In this document: positions 13,724-24,582 of the stretch, one piece after another
Numbering within the stretch: the first letter of the stretch is position 1
How the letters are laid out: each line of letters starts with the position of its first letter
NCBI RefSeq assembly: GCF_036321535.1
Contig: NC_087437.1
Location: 85,996,001-86,060,000 of the forward strand
From: Camelus dromedarius
Lineage: Eukaryota
Direction: 5' to 3'
DNA: 64,000 nt
Notes under the pieces: generated by a model
Databases searched by the model: none
Told to the model about the DNA's origin: nothing
The model's input: the letters and a program-made list of their open reading frames with translations, nothing else
Made by a program: the position numbers and the translations under genes

Positions 13724-14852
13724 TAGACATAACCAAAAATGCATGATCCTCAAAACCTAAAATACTACTATCTTGCTCTTTATAGAAAAATTTTGCTAAA
13801 CTCTAGAGTAAATAAATACTTAACAACATGCAAATAATGAAAATGCCAATGACATAGAGATCCCCACTCAAACTGATAAGAGAATTTTCTGTTCAAAACT
13901 TTTAATGCTTCTCTACAGTTCCTTCTCTTAAAGGATAAGCAAAGCTCAGAATACATACTCATATATTGATTCCAGTTAGCCCCCATTCATAGCCCATAGA
14001 AATTACATTGGTAAGAAATCCATGTAATCTGCTTCTCAGCTATAAGGAAGGTAGAACTTGTCTTCAGGAAATTCTGCCTATAATCATGTTTGGGTGATTT
14101 CTGTCCTATGGACATTGGTCTCTTCAGGTGCAAAGGAAATGTATTGTCAATGGACCTGATCATGCACAACAAGGGTAACTGTGTTTCATTTTATGACACC
14201 AGGTGGCTAGTTCTAGGGCTCTGACTAAGGTCTCATTTATCCTTTTCCCTCATATTTCATTTATTTAAGATTTTTAAAAAATTATCAACTTATCACAGAC
14301 ATCTCTACTTTATATGAGCAAACATTATTCTCATCTACCATTTCACACACACTGCCACCATTTCCAGAATGCTCTATCTCCCTTATCCTACTTTATTTTC
14401 TTCAAAAACATCCAAAATCAGGACTTTGCCTAGCATCTAGCAGATAAATAGCTGATAGCTGAACAAAAAAATTAACTGCAGGAATTTTTCTAACTGAAAA
14501 TCACCTTTAAAGATTTATGACTTAAAACTGCAATAAGTTAGAGTATATACAAAATAATTAGATGTAAAATATGATATCAAAACCAATAATTGTGAGGGAA
14601 GGAGAGTACAAATGCAGGTTATCAAAAATGCACTTAAAATTAAGAGATCAGCAAGTTAAAAGAAATATATATATATATTTCTATAGCAAAACCTCATGGT
14701 AACCACAAACCAAAAATTTGTAATAGATATACATACATAAAAGAAAAAGGAATCCAAATGCAACATTATAGTCATCAAACCACAAGAGAAGAGAACAAAA
14801 GGAAGGAAGAGAAAAAAAAACTTACAAAAACAAATCCAAAACAATCAACAAA

Positions 14853-17800
14853 ATGACAATAAGAATATGCATATTGATAATTACCTCAAAAGTAGATGGA
14901 TTAAATGCTGCAACCAAAAGACACAGACTGGCTGAATGGATACAAAAAAACAAGACCTGTATATAAGCTGTCTACAGGAGATCCACTTCAGAGCTAGAGA
15001 CACATACAGGCTGAAAGTGAGGGGATGGAAAAAGATATTCCATGAAAATGGAAACCAAAAGAAAGCTGGAGTAGCAATACTTATATCAGACAAAATAGAC
15101 TTTAAAATAAAAACTGTTACAAGAGACAAAGAAGACAAAGAAGACAAAGAAGAACTACATAATGCTCAAGGGATCACTCCAAGAAGATGTAACAATTGTA
15201 AATATATATGCACCCAACATAGGAACACCTCAATATATAAGGCAACTGTTAATAGAAGTAAAAGGAGAAATTGACCCCAAAAAAGGAGAAATTGACAAAA
15301 ACACAGTAATAGTGGAGGACCTTAATGTCCCACTTACATCAATAGACAGATCATCCAGATAGAAAATCAGTAAGGAAATACAGGCCTTAAGTGATGCATT
15401 AGACCAGATGGACTTAATTGGTATTTATAGAGCATTTCATCCAAAAGCAACAGAATACACATTCAACTGCACATAGAACATCCTCCAGAATAGATCACAT
15501 GCTGAACCACAAAGCAAATTTAAGAAAACTGAAGTCATTTAAGCATCTTTTCCAACCACAATGCTATGAAATTAGAAATCAACTACATGAAAAAAATCTA
15601 CAAAAACCACAAACATGTGGAGGCTAAATAATATGCTACTAAGCAACTAATGGATCACCGAGGAAATCAAAGAGGAAATAAAGAAATACTTAGAGACAAA
15701 TGAAAACAAAAACATGATGATCCAAAACCTCTGGGACACAGCCAAAGCAGTTCTAAGAGGAAATTTTATAGTGATGCAAGCTTATCTCAGGAAACAAGAA
15801 AAATCTCAAATAAACAACCTAACCTTATACCTAAAGCAACTAGAGGAATAACGACAAACAGAACCCAAATTTAGTAGAAGGAAAGATATCATAAAGATTA
15901 GAGCAGAAATAAACAAAATAGAGACTTAAAAAATAGAAAAGATCAATGAAAATAAAAGCTGGTTCTGTGAAAAGATAAACAAAATGGATAACCCCTTAGT
16001 CAAACTCATCAAGGAAAAAAGGGAGAGGGCCCAAATTAATAAAATCAGAAATGAAAAAGGAGAAATCACAACCAACATCACAGAAATACAAAGGATCATA
16101 AGAAGCTACTATAAGCAACTATATGCCAACAGAAATGACAATGCAGAAGAAACGGACAATGTCTTAGACAGGTACAATTTGTCAAGACTGAACCAGGGAG
16201 AAATAGAAAATATGAATAGACCAATTACCAGTACTGAAATCGAATCAGTAATTTTAAAACTCCCAACAAACAAAAGTCCAGTAGAAGATGGTTTCACAGG
16301 CAAATTCTACCAATTCCTTAGAAAAGAGTTAATGCCTATCCTCTGAAACGATTCCCAAAAATTGCAGAGGAAGGAAGAGGCCACTATCACCTTGATACCA
16401 AAACCAGACAAAGATATCACAAAAAAGAAAAATACAGGCCAAAATCACTTATGAATATAAATGCAAAAATCCTCAACAAAATACTAGCAGATTGACTCCA
16501 ACAATGCATTAAAAGGGTCATACACCATGATCAAGTGGGACTTATCCCAAGGATGCAAGGATTTTTCAATATCTACAAATCAATCAGTGTGATATATCAC
16601 ATTAACAAATTGAAGAATAAAAACCATATAATCATCTCAACAGATGCAGAAAAAGCTTTTAATAAAATTCAACATCCATTTATGATAAAAACTCTCCAGA
16701 AAATGGGCATAGAGGGAACATACCTCAACATAACAAAGGTCATATATGACAAACCACAGGTAACATCATACTTAATGGTGAAAAGCTGAAAGCACTTCCT
16801 CTAAGATCAAGAACAAGACAAGGATGCTCCCTCTCACCACTTTTATTCAACACACTTTTGGAAGTCCTAGCCACAGGAATCAGAGAAGAAAAAGAAATAA
16901 AAGGAATCTCAATTGCAAAAGAAGTAAAACTGTCACAGCCTGCAGATGACATGAAACTATACATAGAAAACCCTAAAGACACTACCAGAAAACTACTAGA
17001 GCTCATCAATGAATTTGGTAAAATTGTAGGATACAAAATTAATATACAGAAATCAACTGCATTTCTATACACTAACAATGAAATACCAGGAAAGATAAAT
17101 TAAGGAAACAATCCCATTTAACATCTCATCAAAAAGAATAAAATAAACATAAATACAAAACAGAAACAGACTCATAGACAAAGAATACAAACTTGTGGTT
17201 GCCAGGGGGGTGGGGGATGGGAAGGGACAGACTGGGATTTCAAAATGTAGACTAGATAAACAAGATTGTACTGTGTAGCATAGGGAAATATATACAGGAT
17301 CTTGTGGTGGCTCATAGAGAAAGAGAATGTGACAATGAATGTATGTATGTTCATGTATAACTGAAAATTTGTGCTCTACACTGGAATTTGACACAACATT
17401 GTAAAATGACTATAACTCAAAAAAAAAAGTTTAAAAAAAGAATAAAATAACTAAGAATAAACCTACCTAAGGAGGCAAAGGAACTATATTCTGAAACCAA
17501 TAAGACACTGATGAAAGAAATTGAAGACAACACAGACAGAAAGGTATACTGTGTTCTTGGATTGGAAGAATCAGTACTGTTAAACTGGCCATACTACCCA
17601 AGAAAATACACAGATTAAATGCAATTCCTATCAAATTACCAATGACATTTTTCACAGAACTGGAACAAAAATGTTAAGATTTGTATGGAAACACAGAAGA
17701 CCCCAAATAGCCAAAACAATCTTGAGAAAGAAGAACAGAGCTGGGGGAATCATGCTCCCTGACTTCAGACTACCCTACAAAGTTACAGTAATCAAAACAG

Positions 17801-18930
17801 TATAGCACTAACACAAAAAGAGACACATAAATCAATGAACAGGATAGAAAGTCCAGAAATAAACCCACACACTTATGGTCAATTAATCTATGACAAAGGA
17901 GGAAAAATATATAATGGAGGAAAGAGAGTCTCATCAATAAGTGGTGCTGGGAAAACTGGACAGTAAAAGAATGAAATTAGAACATTATCTAACACCATAT
18001 ATAAAAATAAATTCAAAGTGGATTAAAAACCTAAACATAAGACTAGATACTATAAAACTCCTAGAGCAAAACAGACAGAACACTCTTTGACAAAAATCAC
18101 AGCAATATTTTTTGAACCAGCTCCTGGAGTAATGGAAATAAAATAAAAAATAAACAAATGGGGTTTAATTAAATTTAAAAGCTTTTGCACAGCTAAGGAT
18201 ACCATCAACAAATGAAAAGATCACTTACAAAATGACAGAAAATATTTGCAAATGATGCAACCGACAAGGGACTAATTTCCAAAATATACAAACAGCTTAT
18301 GCAGCTTAATATCAAAAAAAAAAAAAAAAGCAACCTCAAAAAATGGGCAGAAGACCTAAACATCTCTTCAAAGAAGACATCCAGATGGAAAGATGCTCAA
18401 CATCACTAATTGTCAGAGAAATGCAAGTCAAAACTACAATGAGGTATCACCTCACACCAATCAGAAAGACCATCATTCAAAATCTACAAATGATGAACAC
18501 TGGAGAGAATGTGGAGAAAAAGGAACCCACCTACACTGGTGGTAGGAATGTAAATTGGTACTGCCACTATGCAGGACAGTATGGAAGTTCCTTAAAAAAC
18601 TAAAAATAGACTTACCATATGATCCAGCAATCCCACTCTTGGGCATATACCCAGAGAAAACTATAATTCAAAAAGACAATGCATGCCAATGTTCACAGCA
18701 GTATTATTTATAATAGTCAAGATATGGAAACAACCTAAATGTCCATTGACAGATGACTGGATAAAGAAGCTGTGGTACATATAAACAATGGGATACTACT
18801 CAGACATAAAAATGAATAAAATAATGCCATTTGCAGCAACATGGATGGAACTGGAGACTGTCACTCTTAATGAAGTAATCCAGAAAGAGAAAGAAAAATA
18901 CCATATGATATCACTCATATATGGAATATA
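14853..18930 (+). pseudogene. L1 ORF2 (endonuclease / reverse transcriptase), inactivated by multiple stops, frameshifts, deletions and a nested insertion
   Basis: ATG at 14853. Endonuclease motifs CLQEIHF, GNQKKAGVAILISDK, NIYAPN and SRIDH. RT region [16 protein letters not shown] and ADDM (~16942). C-terminal MRYHLTPIR and MPFAATWMELE. The fragments fall in different frames. Confidence 0.95.
17147..17434 (+). mobile_element. Younger L1 3'UTR fragment inserted within ORF2 of the large L1
   Basis: 3'UTR plus A tail between perfect 16-bp TSDs aaaaagaataaaataa (17131-17146 and 17435-17450). ORF2 resumes after the second copy. Confidence 0.93.
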
Positions 18931-19749
18931 TAAAAAAAAAAGAAAGATACAAATGAACTTATTTACAAAACAGAAACAGACTCACAGACATAGAGAACAA
19001 ACTTATGGTTACCAGCGGGGAAAAGGACTGGGAAAGGAGAAACTGGGAGTTCGGGATTTGCAGATACTAACTACTATAAATGAAACAGATACAAACAACA
19101 AGTTTATATGGTATAGCACAGGCAACTATATTCAATATCTTTTAGTAATCTATAATGAAAAATATGAAAAGGAATATGTGTATGTATATGCAAGACTGAA
19201 ACATTATGCTATACACCAGAAATTGACACAACATTGTAAACTGGCTACACTTCAATAAAAAAAGAGAATGCACATTTTTCTAAAGAAGAAAAAAAATCTG
19301 CTATAGATGTTACCAAAGCCTACTCCTCCTGGTCCAATGAAAACCAAAACCTCTCCAGATGCAGTTATTTCTCTGTGTATGCATATTTCAGCCCTTGTAT
19401 AATACTTCTTTATGCTACATTTTTTTTTCTCCAGTGCTGTGATATGCTCCTAGTGGCTTATATACATTTTACTATTTCCACACTCTTTTAGGATGGCATA
19501 ACTGAGCTATAATATTTAAAAACTCCTCTTTAAATTGGACCTCTTCTCCCTTTTACACATGTTAGGTTGCTTCTAGATTTGAATACCTTCTTTCCTTTTT
19601 ACTTTGATTTCTGATCCAGATATTTATTTCCCTAACATACTTCTTTAGATTTTCTCTGTGAGGATAGGGAAAGGGATAAAGTGAGTGATCTCTAGGTCTG
19701 CTAAAATCACCCATTGTTTGAACAAATCTTCTCCAGCTTCACCTCCCTA

Positions 19750-19995
19750 AGCATAGCAGTGGTTAACTGTATGGCCCTTGGAGCCAGATCACCTAGATTC
19801 CAACTTCCAGCTCTAAAATTTACCAACTGCATTGCCTTGGATAATTTACTTAACCTCCCTGTACCTTAACTTCGCTGATGTAAAAACAGATGTAGCACAT
19901 CTGTCATGTAGGATTATTTTAAGGTTTAAATGACTTAATATATAAAATGGAACAACATCTCACACATAGTAGACACTATAACAGTTAGCCATTTA
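19750..19995 (+). mobile_element. MIR SINE, near full length
   Basis: gcatagcagtggttaa...ggagccaga...ccttggataatttacttaacctccctgtacc...tgtaaaa...taaatgacttaatatataaa...cacatagta. Confidence 0.85.
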
Positions 19996-20115
19996 TAATA
20001 GCTATAATCTCATGCAGGAGGTATTCTATCAGATGAACATCTTAACCAAGCTTGGGCGCAATGTAATTTCATTCCATATTGCTCCCATTTGATATCTCTC
20101 ATTATTCTCTTAGAA

Positions 20116-20312
20116 CATAGGTTCTCAAATGTAGTCCCAGGGTCAACTGCATCAGCTTCACCTAGAACTTAAGAGAAATGCAAGCTCTTGGGCTCCATCC
20201 CAGACCTGCTGATCAGAAACTCCGGGGTGGGAGGTGGGGAGGGGGACCCATCAATCTGTTTTAAATAGCCTTCCATGTGATTCTGATACAAGCTCAAGGT
20301 TCTAAAACCATA
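20116..20312. mobile_element. MER5A (hAT-Charlie MITE)
   Basis: ggttctcaaatgtagtccc...gcatcagcttcacctagaactt...agaaatgca...cccagacctgctga...atctgttttaa...gtgattctgat. Confidence 0.85.
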
Positions 20313-20449
20313 GATTCCTAATTCAATAATTTTTTAAAAATAATATTCTCTTTGTAAACAGGCAGTAGCCCTGTAACTTTATCACCTTGAAAATTATGCA
20401 TTATTTTTCTCTTATGAGGTAAGTTCCCCAATTACTCATTCTGACCTTT

Positions 20450-20553
20450 GGATCCCACTTTAGAGATCATGATTTAATTGGTCTGGGTGTGCCTTGGCCA
20501 TTGAGATTTTTAAAAGAGGGTTTCTAATGTGCAACCAAGGTTGAGAGCACTGA
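20450..20553. mobile_element. MER5B-type fragment
   Basis: agagatcatgatttaattggtctggg...tttttaaaag...ttctaatgtgcaaccaaggttgagagcactg. Confidence 0.7.
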
Positions 20554-20601
20554 TCTGTACTCTTGGCACAAATGATTCTGAATTTCCTCTTTCTGGATCT
20601 T

Positions 20602-20749
20602 TTTTTTTTTTTTTTTTTTTTTTTTGCGTGGGGGAGGTAATTAGGCTTTTTTATTTATTTATTTTTAATGGAGGTACTGAGGATTGAATCCAGGACCTCA
20701 TGCTTGCTAATAAGCATGTACTCTACCACTGAGCTATATTCTTCCCTTC
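20602..20749 (-). mobile_element. Vic-1-type camelid tRNA-derived SINE
   Basis: Minus strand reads tatagctcagtggtagag (A box)...gaggtcctggattcaatcc (B box)...cagtacctccattaaaaataaataaat...cctaattacctccccc, then poly(A). Perfect 16-bp TSD cctctttctggatctt (20586-20601 and 20750-20765). Confidence 0.9.
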
Positions 20750-20775
20750 CCTCTTTCTGGATCTTAATATGAGAA

Positions 20776-20958
20776 CAGTGTTTCCCAGTCTTCCCTGGTA
20801 AGTTAAGTTATTTAGGTCCTTGATAAAATACAAATTCTATGACCCCATTCCAGTCCTAGTAAATAAGGATCTCCAAGAAAGCCCCAGGAAGTAGTACTTT
20901 TTTTTTTAAACAAGCACCCCAGCTGATTCTTCTCATTATGGAAATTTAAGAAATGGTG
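20776..20958. mobile_element. MER5B/C-type hAT-Charlie MITE
   Basis: cagtgtttccca...taaaatacaaattc...cccaggaa...ttttaaacaagcaccccagctgattctt...aaatttaagaaa. Confidence 0.65.
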
Positions 20959-22375
20959 TATGATCCTTGCTACTTTTCATTGAGGGACAAGAATACTGTC
21001 TAGATCAGTGCACTGAAACTAGAATTATACCTCTTAGTCTTCACCATTTTCTTACCTCTATACTCATTAATTATAATGTCATAAAACAACTGATAATTCT
21101 ATTTAGATTCCCAAGGGAAGAAAGTATGTGATTAGCATATATGTTTCAGAAAGAAAGTGAAACTTCCCAGCAGTTTTCAGCAAGAATGAATCCTAAATTC
21201 CTTGCTAATCTTAAAAGGTTAAACCTAGCTTGCTCATTTGGGAAGATGACCAAGTCCACCATCCCAAGCATAAAAATTCCCACTACTACTATGAAAAAAA
21301 TTTTAAATTAAAATGGACATTTATTTTAAATGAAATAAAATTTCATTTAGAGATTATAACTTCACTGGTGATATGATAATTAAATACCAATTCATTATTA
21401 GAAAGTTAGTAATTGTGAGGTTAAATAATTATTTGGCAAAAAAGATTACAAAATCCAAATTAAAACACCAAGAAATTTAATTTGTCAAAATTACCATAAA
21501 ATGTGCACAACGTCTCTTTGGAATTAATGAGACAGAATTCTGTGTGGTAGTGACATTACAGGGTAACTTTATGTATCTCTAATGCAATAAATGTGCTTTT
21601 ATCAATTAAATACACAGTTTTAATATTTAGCTTATAACGGTTATCTCGCTAAGTGACAAGAAGTACATTCATTAGGTTATGTGATTTAATTTATTATCAT
21701 AAAATTTATTCTGCTTTATAGATGCTTAAAACAGCTGAATTCATTTCACCAGATTTAGGACTCATTCAGAGAGTAAAGCTTCTGTTTTGCTTGAAATTTT
21801 AATTTTAATTGAGATCATTTGACTCAGAGAAAATGCATCTGTAGCCTGACTTAAAGATCATGGCTATCTAAAGAATATTGGATATTTTCCCCATAAATTA
21901 TTCAACAACTGTAAGTATGTCAATCTGTATAAATTTCAAAATAGGGAGGGCTCTGAAAATGTCTATCTGTTCTAGCCATCAAACATTAAAGCATAATGAA
22001 CAGACCATAATAATAATGTATCAAAATTGCTTCATTCAAAATACAGAGTATAAATGAATTACATAGATAGGATATTTTTAACCAAAGGAGGAGCGATATA
22101 GTTTAGCACTTTTTAATATTGGGCTGAAGGGCCCCTGGAATCATGGTGAAATCTGCCCTGCTCACCTTCACGGCCAGTTCTATCCCCAGCTTGTTCCCAC
22201 CAAAATGCCTCAAGCCTTCCATCACCGTCTTCCAACCTAACCCCCCAACTGTTGCAGCCCACCCTTCCATCTAAACATTCCTCTCCTGTATCCTGCTCTC
22301 CTTTCTCTCTTCGGGGTGACAGCTAATCTAATTAACTAATAAGCACTGTAACTAAATCCAATGTGTTTGTTAAAG

Positions 22376-22545
22376 CAATGCTTCTCACACTCTAATATGT
22401 ATATGGATCATCTGGGAACTTGTCAAAATCCAAATCTTGATTCAATAAGTGATTGTGCAGTTCTTCTGGCCTGTGATTTTGCAGTTCTATAATGCTCCCA
22501 GGTGATGCTAGGATTTTGATCCAAAGATCACATTTTGAGTAAAAG
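22376..22545. mobile_element. MER5A (hAT-Charlie MITE)
   Basis: caatgcttctca...atcatctgggaacttgtcaaaat...tgattcaataag...gctcccaggtgatgct...atcacattttgagta. Confidence 0.75.
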
Positions 22546-22608
22546 AAGCTGAAACTTAGCTTTTTTTTTCAAGTTAGGGCAGTGTCTTTCCAGTCTAGTT
22601 CAACTACT

Positions 22609-22735
22609 CAGTGCTTCAGAAAAATGAAGATTGCCTGGCTCAATTGCAGACCTACTGAATCTGAATCTCTGTGGAATGAGCCCAGGAATTTGCAGTTTTA
22701 ATAACCTCTCCACATGGTCCTACATACCATAAAGC
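22609..22735. mobile_element. MER5-type fragment
   Basis: cagacctactgaatctgaatctctgtggaatgagcccaggaatttgcagttttaataacctctcca. Confidence 0.7.
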
Positions 22736-24179
22736 CTAAGTTACAGGTTCTCTTCAACCCCATCCCTAGGTCTTCCATGTCATAGCTCTGGGCTTTTAGA
22801 CTTGGTCTTTACGGATACTGCCCTAATCCAAAGAAGCAAATCAAATAGCGGAGGCAGAAGATAAAATGACAGGTTAGGTGAAAAATCATTTTAGAGGAGT
22901 AGGACACTCAAATCATCCATGAAGCCATGTCTTCATTCTAAACAACAAAGCAGCCCTTTCATTTCCTCTGATGTGGGCACCTTAGAGATTACATAAAATT
23001 TCTTGTAAATAAAGTTCATATTTTTTACTAACAATAGTGGGAGTGTTTGCCAGAGCACGTGATTCTCTGAGTTATCTCGCACTTGGCTATCTCCAATTTG
23101 CCAGTTTTCTTATTGACATTGCTTCCAATTGCCATTGCTTGGCACCACATGGCAGGTGCTAAGTCATCACTAGTAATTACACGCTTCAGTAGAAGCTTAG
23201 ATTCTGCATGTTCAGGAGAGTGTAAAAACTGTCATGAAAATTTAAAAATAGAGACTCAAGCATGTGGCCTCTCAAAAGATCTACATGCAGCTTCAAACAG
23301 CAACATTTCAGCAGAAGTGAATATGCTCCAAATTGAGCAGCTTTTTCTTAAAAATGTAAAGATTAAATGTATTCAGGTTAGTATTTTATGCAAACATCGC
23401 TCCAAAAAAGCCATAAATGAAATGACTTTCTGAAAGTACAGCTGCTGAAAGTAGCCCACAAACATATAAAGACAGACCTCATGTAGCATTTACCCTCCAT
23501 TAACACTGACACCCTTCTTCCCAAAGGGAAGTCATTGACTAATATCGATTTGATTTGCTTGCTTGGCGTAGAAGTTTACTGCTGTGCAGATGGGTGTGTT
23601 GAGCATATTGAGCTATTTCTGAGAGGGAGTGATACTCTGAATAATATTTCTTTCAGACATCACTTTGTGTTCTTCAAATAAGCTCGACTTTAAGCATGGT
23701 GTGTTTTGTTGCTCAAAGCAGAATCTGGAAGTAAGTCAAGATTTCACAAATCCTATACAAAGGTTTGCAATTTAAAACTTTGACATTTTCAGAAATTTGT
23801 AAGAATTCAAGTCAAATGTAGTTTATTCTAAATCACTCTGCCTACCCTTAGGGAAAATCAAATAGAGGAAGAATTCTTTGACACTGGGGATGAGAAATAG
23901 TTATTGCTATATCTATATGAAGACACATACAGCAAAGAAAGATAAAAGGTGAAGAAAAAAGGGGAAAAAGGTTAAAAAAGAAAAATGAATCTAACTAAAA
24001 CAGAACTTCAGTAAATTAAAAGGCTAAGCACTAAATTTTCTTAATATACCTGATCCTAACTAAATAGCTCTTCTACTCCTTAACTCTGTACTTCATTTTA
24101 TAAATGGAATGCTTTCTTTTAATGTACGTCAAGAAATGAAAATTTAATTCTGTTTCCACAAAAACAAAAACAGTAAATA

Positions 24180-24571
24180 ATATTAGTCATAAGATGCAAA
24201 ATTAGGCTCTGTGAGAGGTAAAATTATAAACAAGAAACTAAACTCTCAAGATAATTGTGATCTAATATCTATGGAGTTGGGAGAGGGTTAAATAACCCTA
24301 CAAATATCTATAGTAACAATCAGGATGTAAGTGATGTAAGAGGGTAGAAAATGTTAATGTGGTTCAAAGGAGTGAAGTCATCAGGTTGGGAAATCAAAGA
24401 CTGATTTCTGGAGTAGATCCTTTATGAATGGGACCCCAAAGCTGTGTAAGATTTAAAAATTAAGAAGATTTAGCAAAAACTACAACAAAAATACAAAAGT
24501 TGGAAAGCATAGAATGTGTCTGGCTGAACTGTCTGTGTGGCTTCCTGTTGGGTTCATATAAGGAAGAAGTG
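24180..24571 (-). mobile_element. L2 relic, left part (interrupted by the ERV retrocopy; continues at 27172)
   Basis: Purine-rich degenerate L2 3'-region pattern (gggaaatcaaagactgatttctggagtag...ggaaagcatagaatgtgt) that continues after the insertion. Confidence 0.5.
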
Positions 24572-24582
24572 CTGAAGACTGA

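Larger units (their letters stand above)
12941..13805. mobile_element. MER58A (hAT-Charlie MITE) split into 12941-13033 and 13724-13805 by a Tigger insertion
   Basis: Left part: ggcaaactatagcccctaggccaaatctggc...cccattcatttatatattgtcta. Right part: aaacctaaaatactactatcttgctctttatagaaaaattttgc. Confidence 0.75.
14530..19263 (+). mobile_element. 5'-truncated L1 (inter-ORF region, complete but decayed ORF2, 3'UTR, poly(A))
   Basis: Continuous L1 ORF2 similarity across many ORF fragments in the track, followed by a 3'UTR ending cttcaataaaaaaa. No ORF1 or 5'UTR is seen. Confidence 0.97.

Noticed and set aside
14030..14180. Possible small exon (ctcttcag...aagg/gtaact)
   Set aside because: Such splice-like signals occur by chance and the translations match nothing I recognise.
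14853..18930. L1 as an active retrotransposon
   Set aside because: No promoter or ORF1, and ORF2 is broken into many frames with a nested insertion.
20670..20745. tRNA gene
   Set aside because: The tRNA-like head is followed by a SINE body, poly(A) and a TSD, so it is a SINE.
23083..23433. 116-aa ORF with a signal-peptide-like N-terminus
   Set aside because: TTG start, no recognisable family and no exon structure. The region is better treated as possibly regulatory.
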